From Podarcis muralis (Eukaryota), in the NCBI RefSeq assembly GCF_964188315.1, contig NC_135659.1, positions 43,028,001-43,092,000 of the forward strand: a stretch of 64,000 bases of DNA, read 5' to 3'. Positions 63,351-64,000 of the stretch are shown in pieces. Positions within the stretch are counted from its first letter, which is position 1. The number at the start of each line of letters is the position of its first letter. The position numbers and the translations under genes were made by a program. Below the pieces are notes generated by a model that was given only the letters and a program-made list of their open reading frames with translations, was not told the DNA's origin and ran no database searches.

Positions 63351-64000
63351 TACTTAAGAAAGCTAGAGGTTGCCCCCTGTCACCCCTTCTGCTACCCAAC
63401 AAGCCTTCAGGAGGCCAGTCTCTCTGCCATCTACCATTAGATTGCAGCCATAGTCATGCCCACTAATTTCAGTGGGTCTTCTCTGAGTCTTACTTGGTTG
63501 GGTTTCTCCCATACTCCTGGAACAAACTGAAGGAGATGAAAAGCTGCTTTTGATTATTGCAAAGACTTCCAGTCTTCTGAAGTCCATGAAACTCAGAATT
63601 GGCAGCTTTGGCTCTTTCATACACTGCTTCAGAGAAACAAAAACTGAAACGATCAGCATGAACCTTCAGTCGCAGAACCAATAAGACTGCAGTGTTTTAT
63701 TAGACATAGAGATGGAATCCGAAGCAGTCACCTTGTTAAGGGCAGAGCTGCCTTGTCTTGTGAGACAGCACAACACCATATTTTTGCTTTTAAATTGCCT
63801 CTTTGTTTTGATTTCACTAAAAGAAAGCATCCAGTATCGACTGGACAAGTGTGAACTAACAAGCTCGTAAGTTGTAGTTTGTTTACTGACTTCAGCTGAA
63901 GAACATCAGCTCTCTGAGCAGTGCCAACACCTACCTAATTTATCTTTATTTGTAGGAGGTATTTTCAAGGTTGGCTCTGCCTCTGATTGCCAGACCTGAT

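Overview
Vertebrate genomic DNA, most likely from a squamate (lacertid-type lizard), judged by Sauria SINEs, BovB, L2/CR1 and Tc1/mariner-type MITEs. Three genes lie on the + strand in the conserved amniote order. (1) The last 10 coding exons of MYSM1 (MPN/JAMM deubiquitinase, <1..7098). (2) The intronless EPCAM-derived retrogene TACSTD2/TROP2 (18356..19282). (3) A complete OMA1 coding sequence (CpG-island promoter ~29.25-30.15 kb, 8 coding exons 32432..61468, 507 aa, HELAH zinc motif). All exon phases were checked by hand and join into open frames. There is one 135-N assembly gap. Most interesting observations: a frameshifted, intron-free relic of an EPCAM/TROP2 transmembrane-plus-tail coding segment sits ~250 bp upstream of the TACSTD2 ATG, with silent-biased divergence and EPCAM-like residues; two related MITEs carry palindromes that differ by fully compensatory substitutions; two Sauria SINEs are stacked at one target with three copies of the TSD; a third SINE is split by a TSD-less insert next to an AT-rich, CpG-retaining segment with phase-compatible antisense exon candidates; an OMA1 uORF has its frame set by an (AG)5 microsatellite; and splicing of the last OMA1 exon recreates a 5' splice site. 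Gene identities come from recalled protein sequences, not database searches. All counts are manual.
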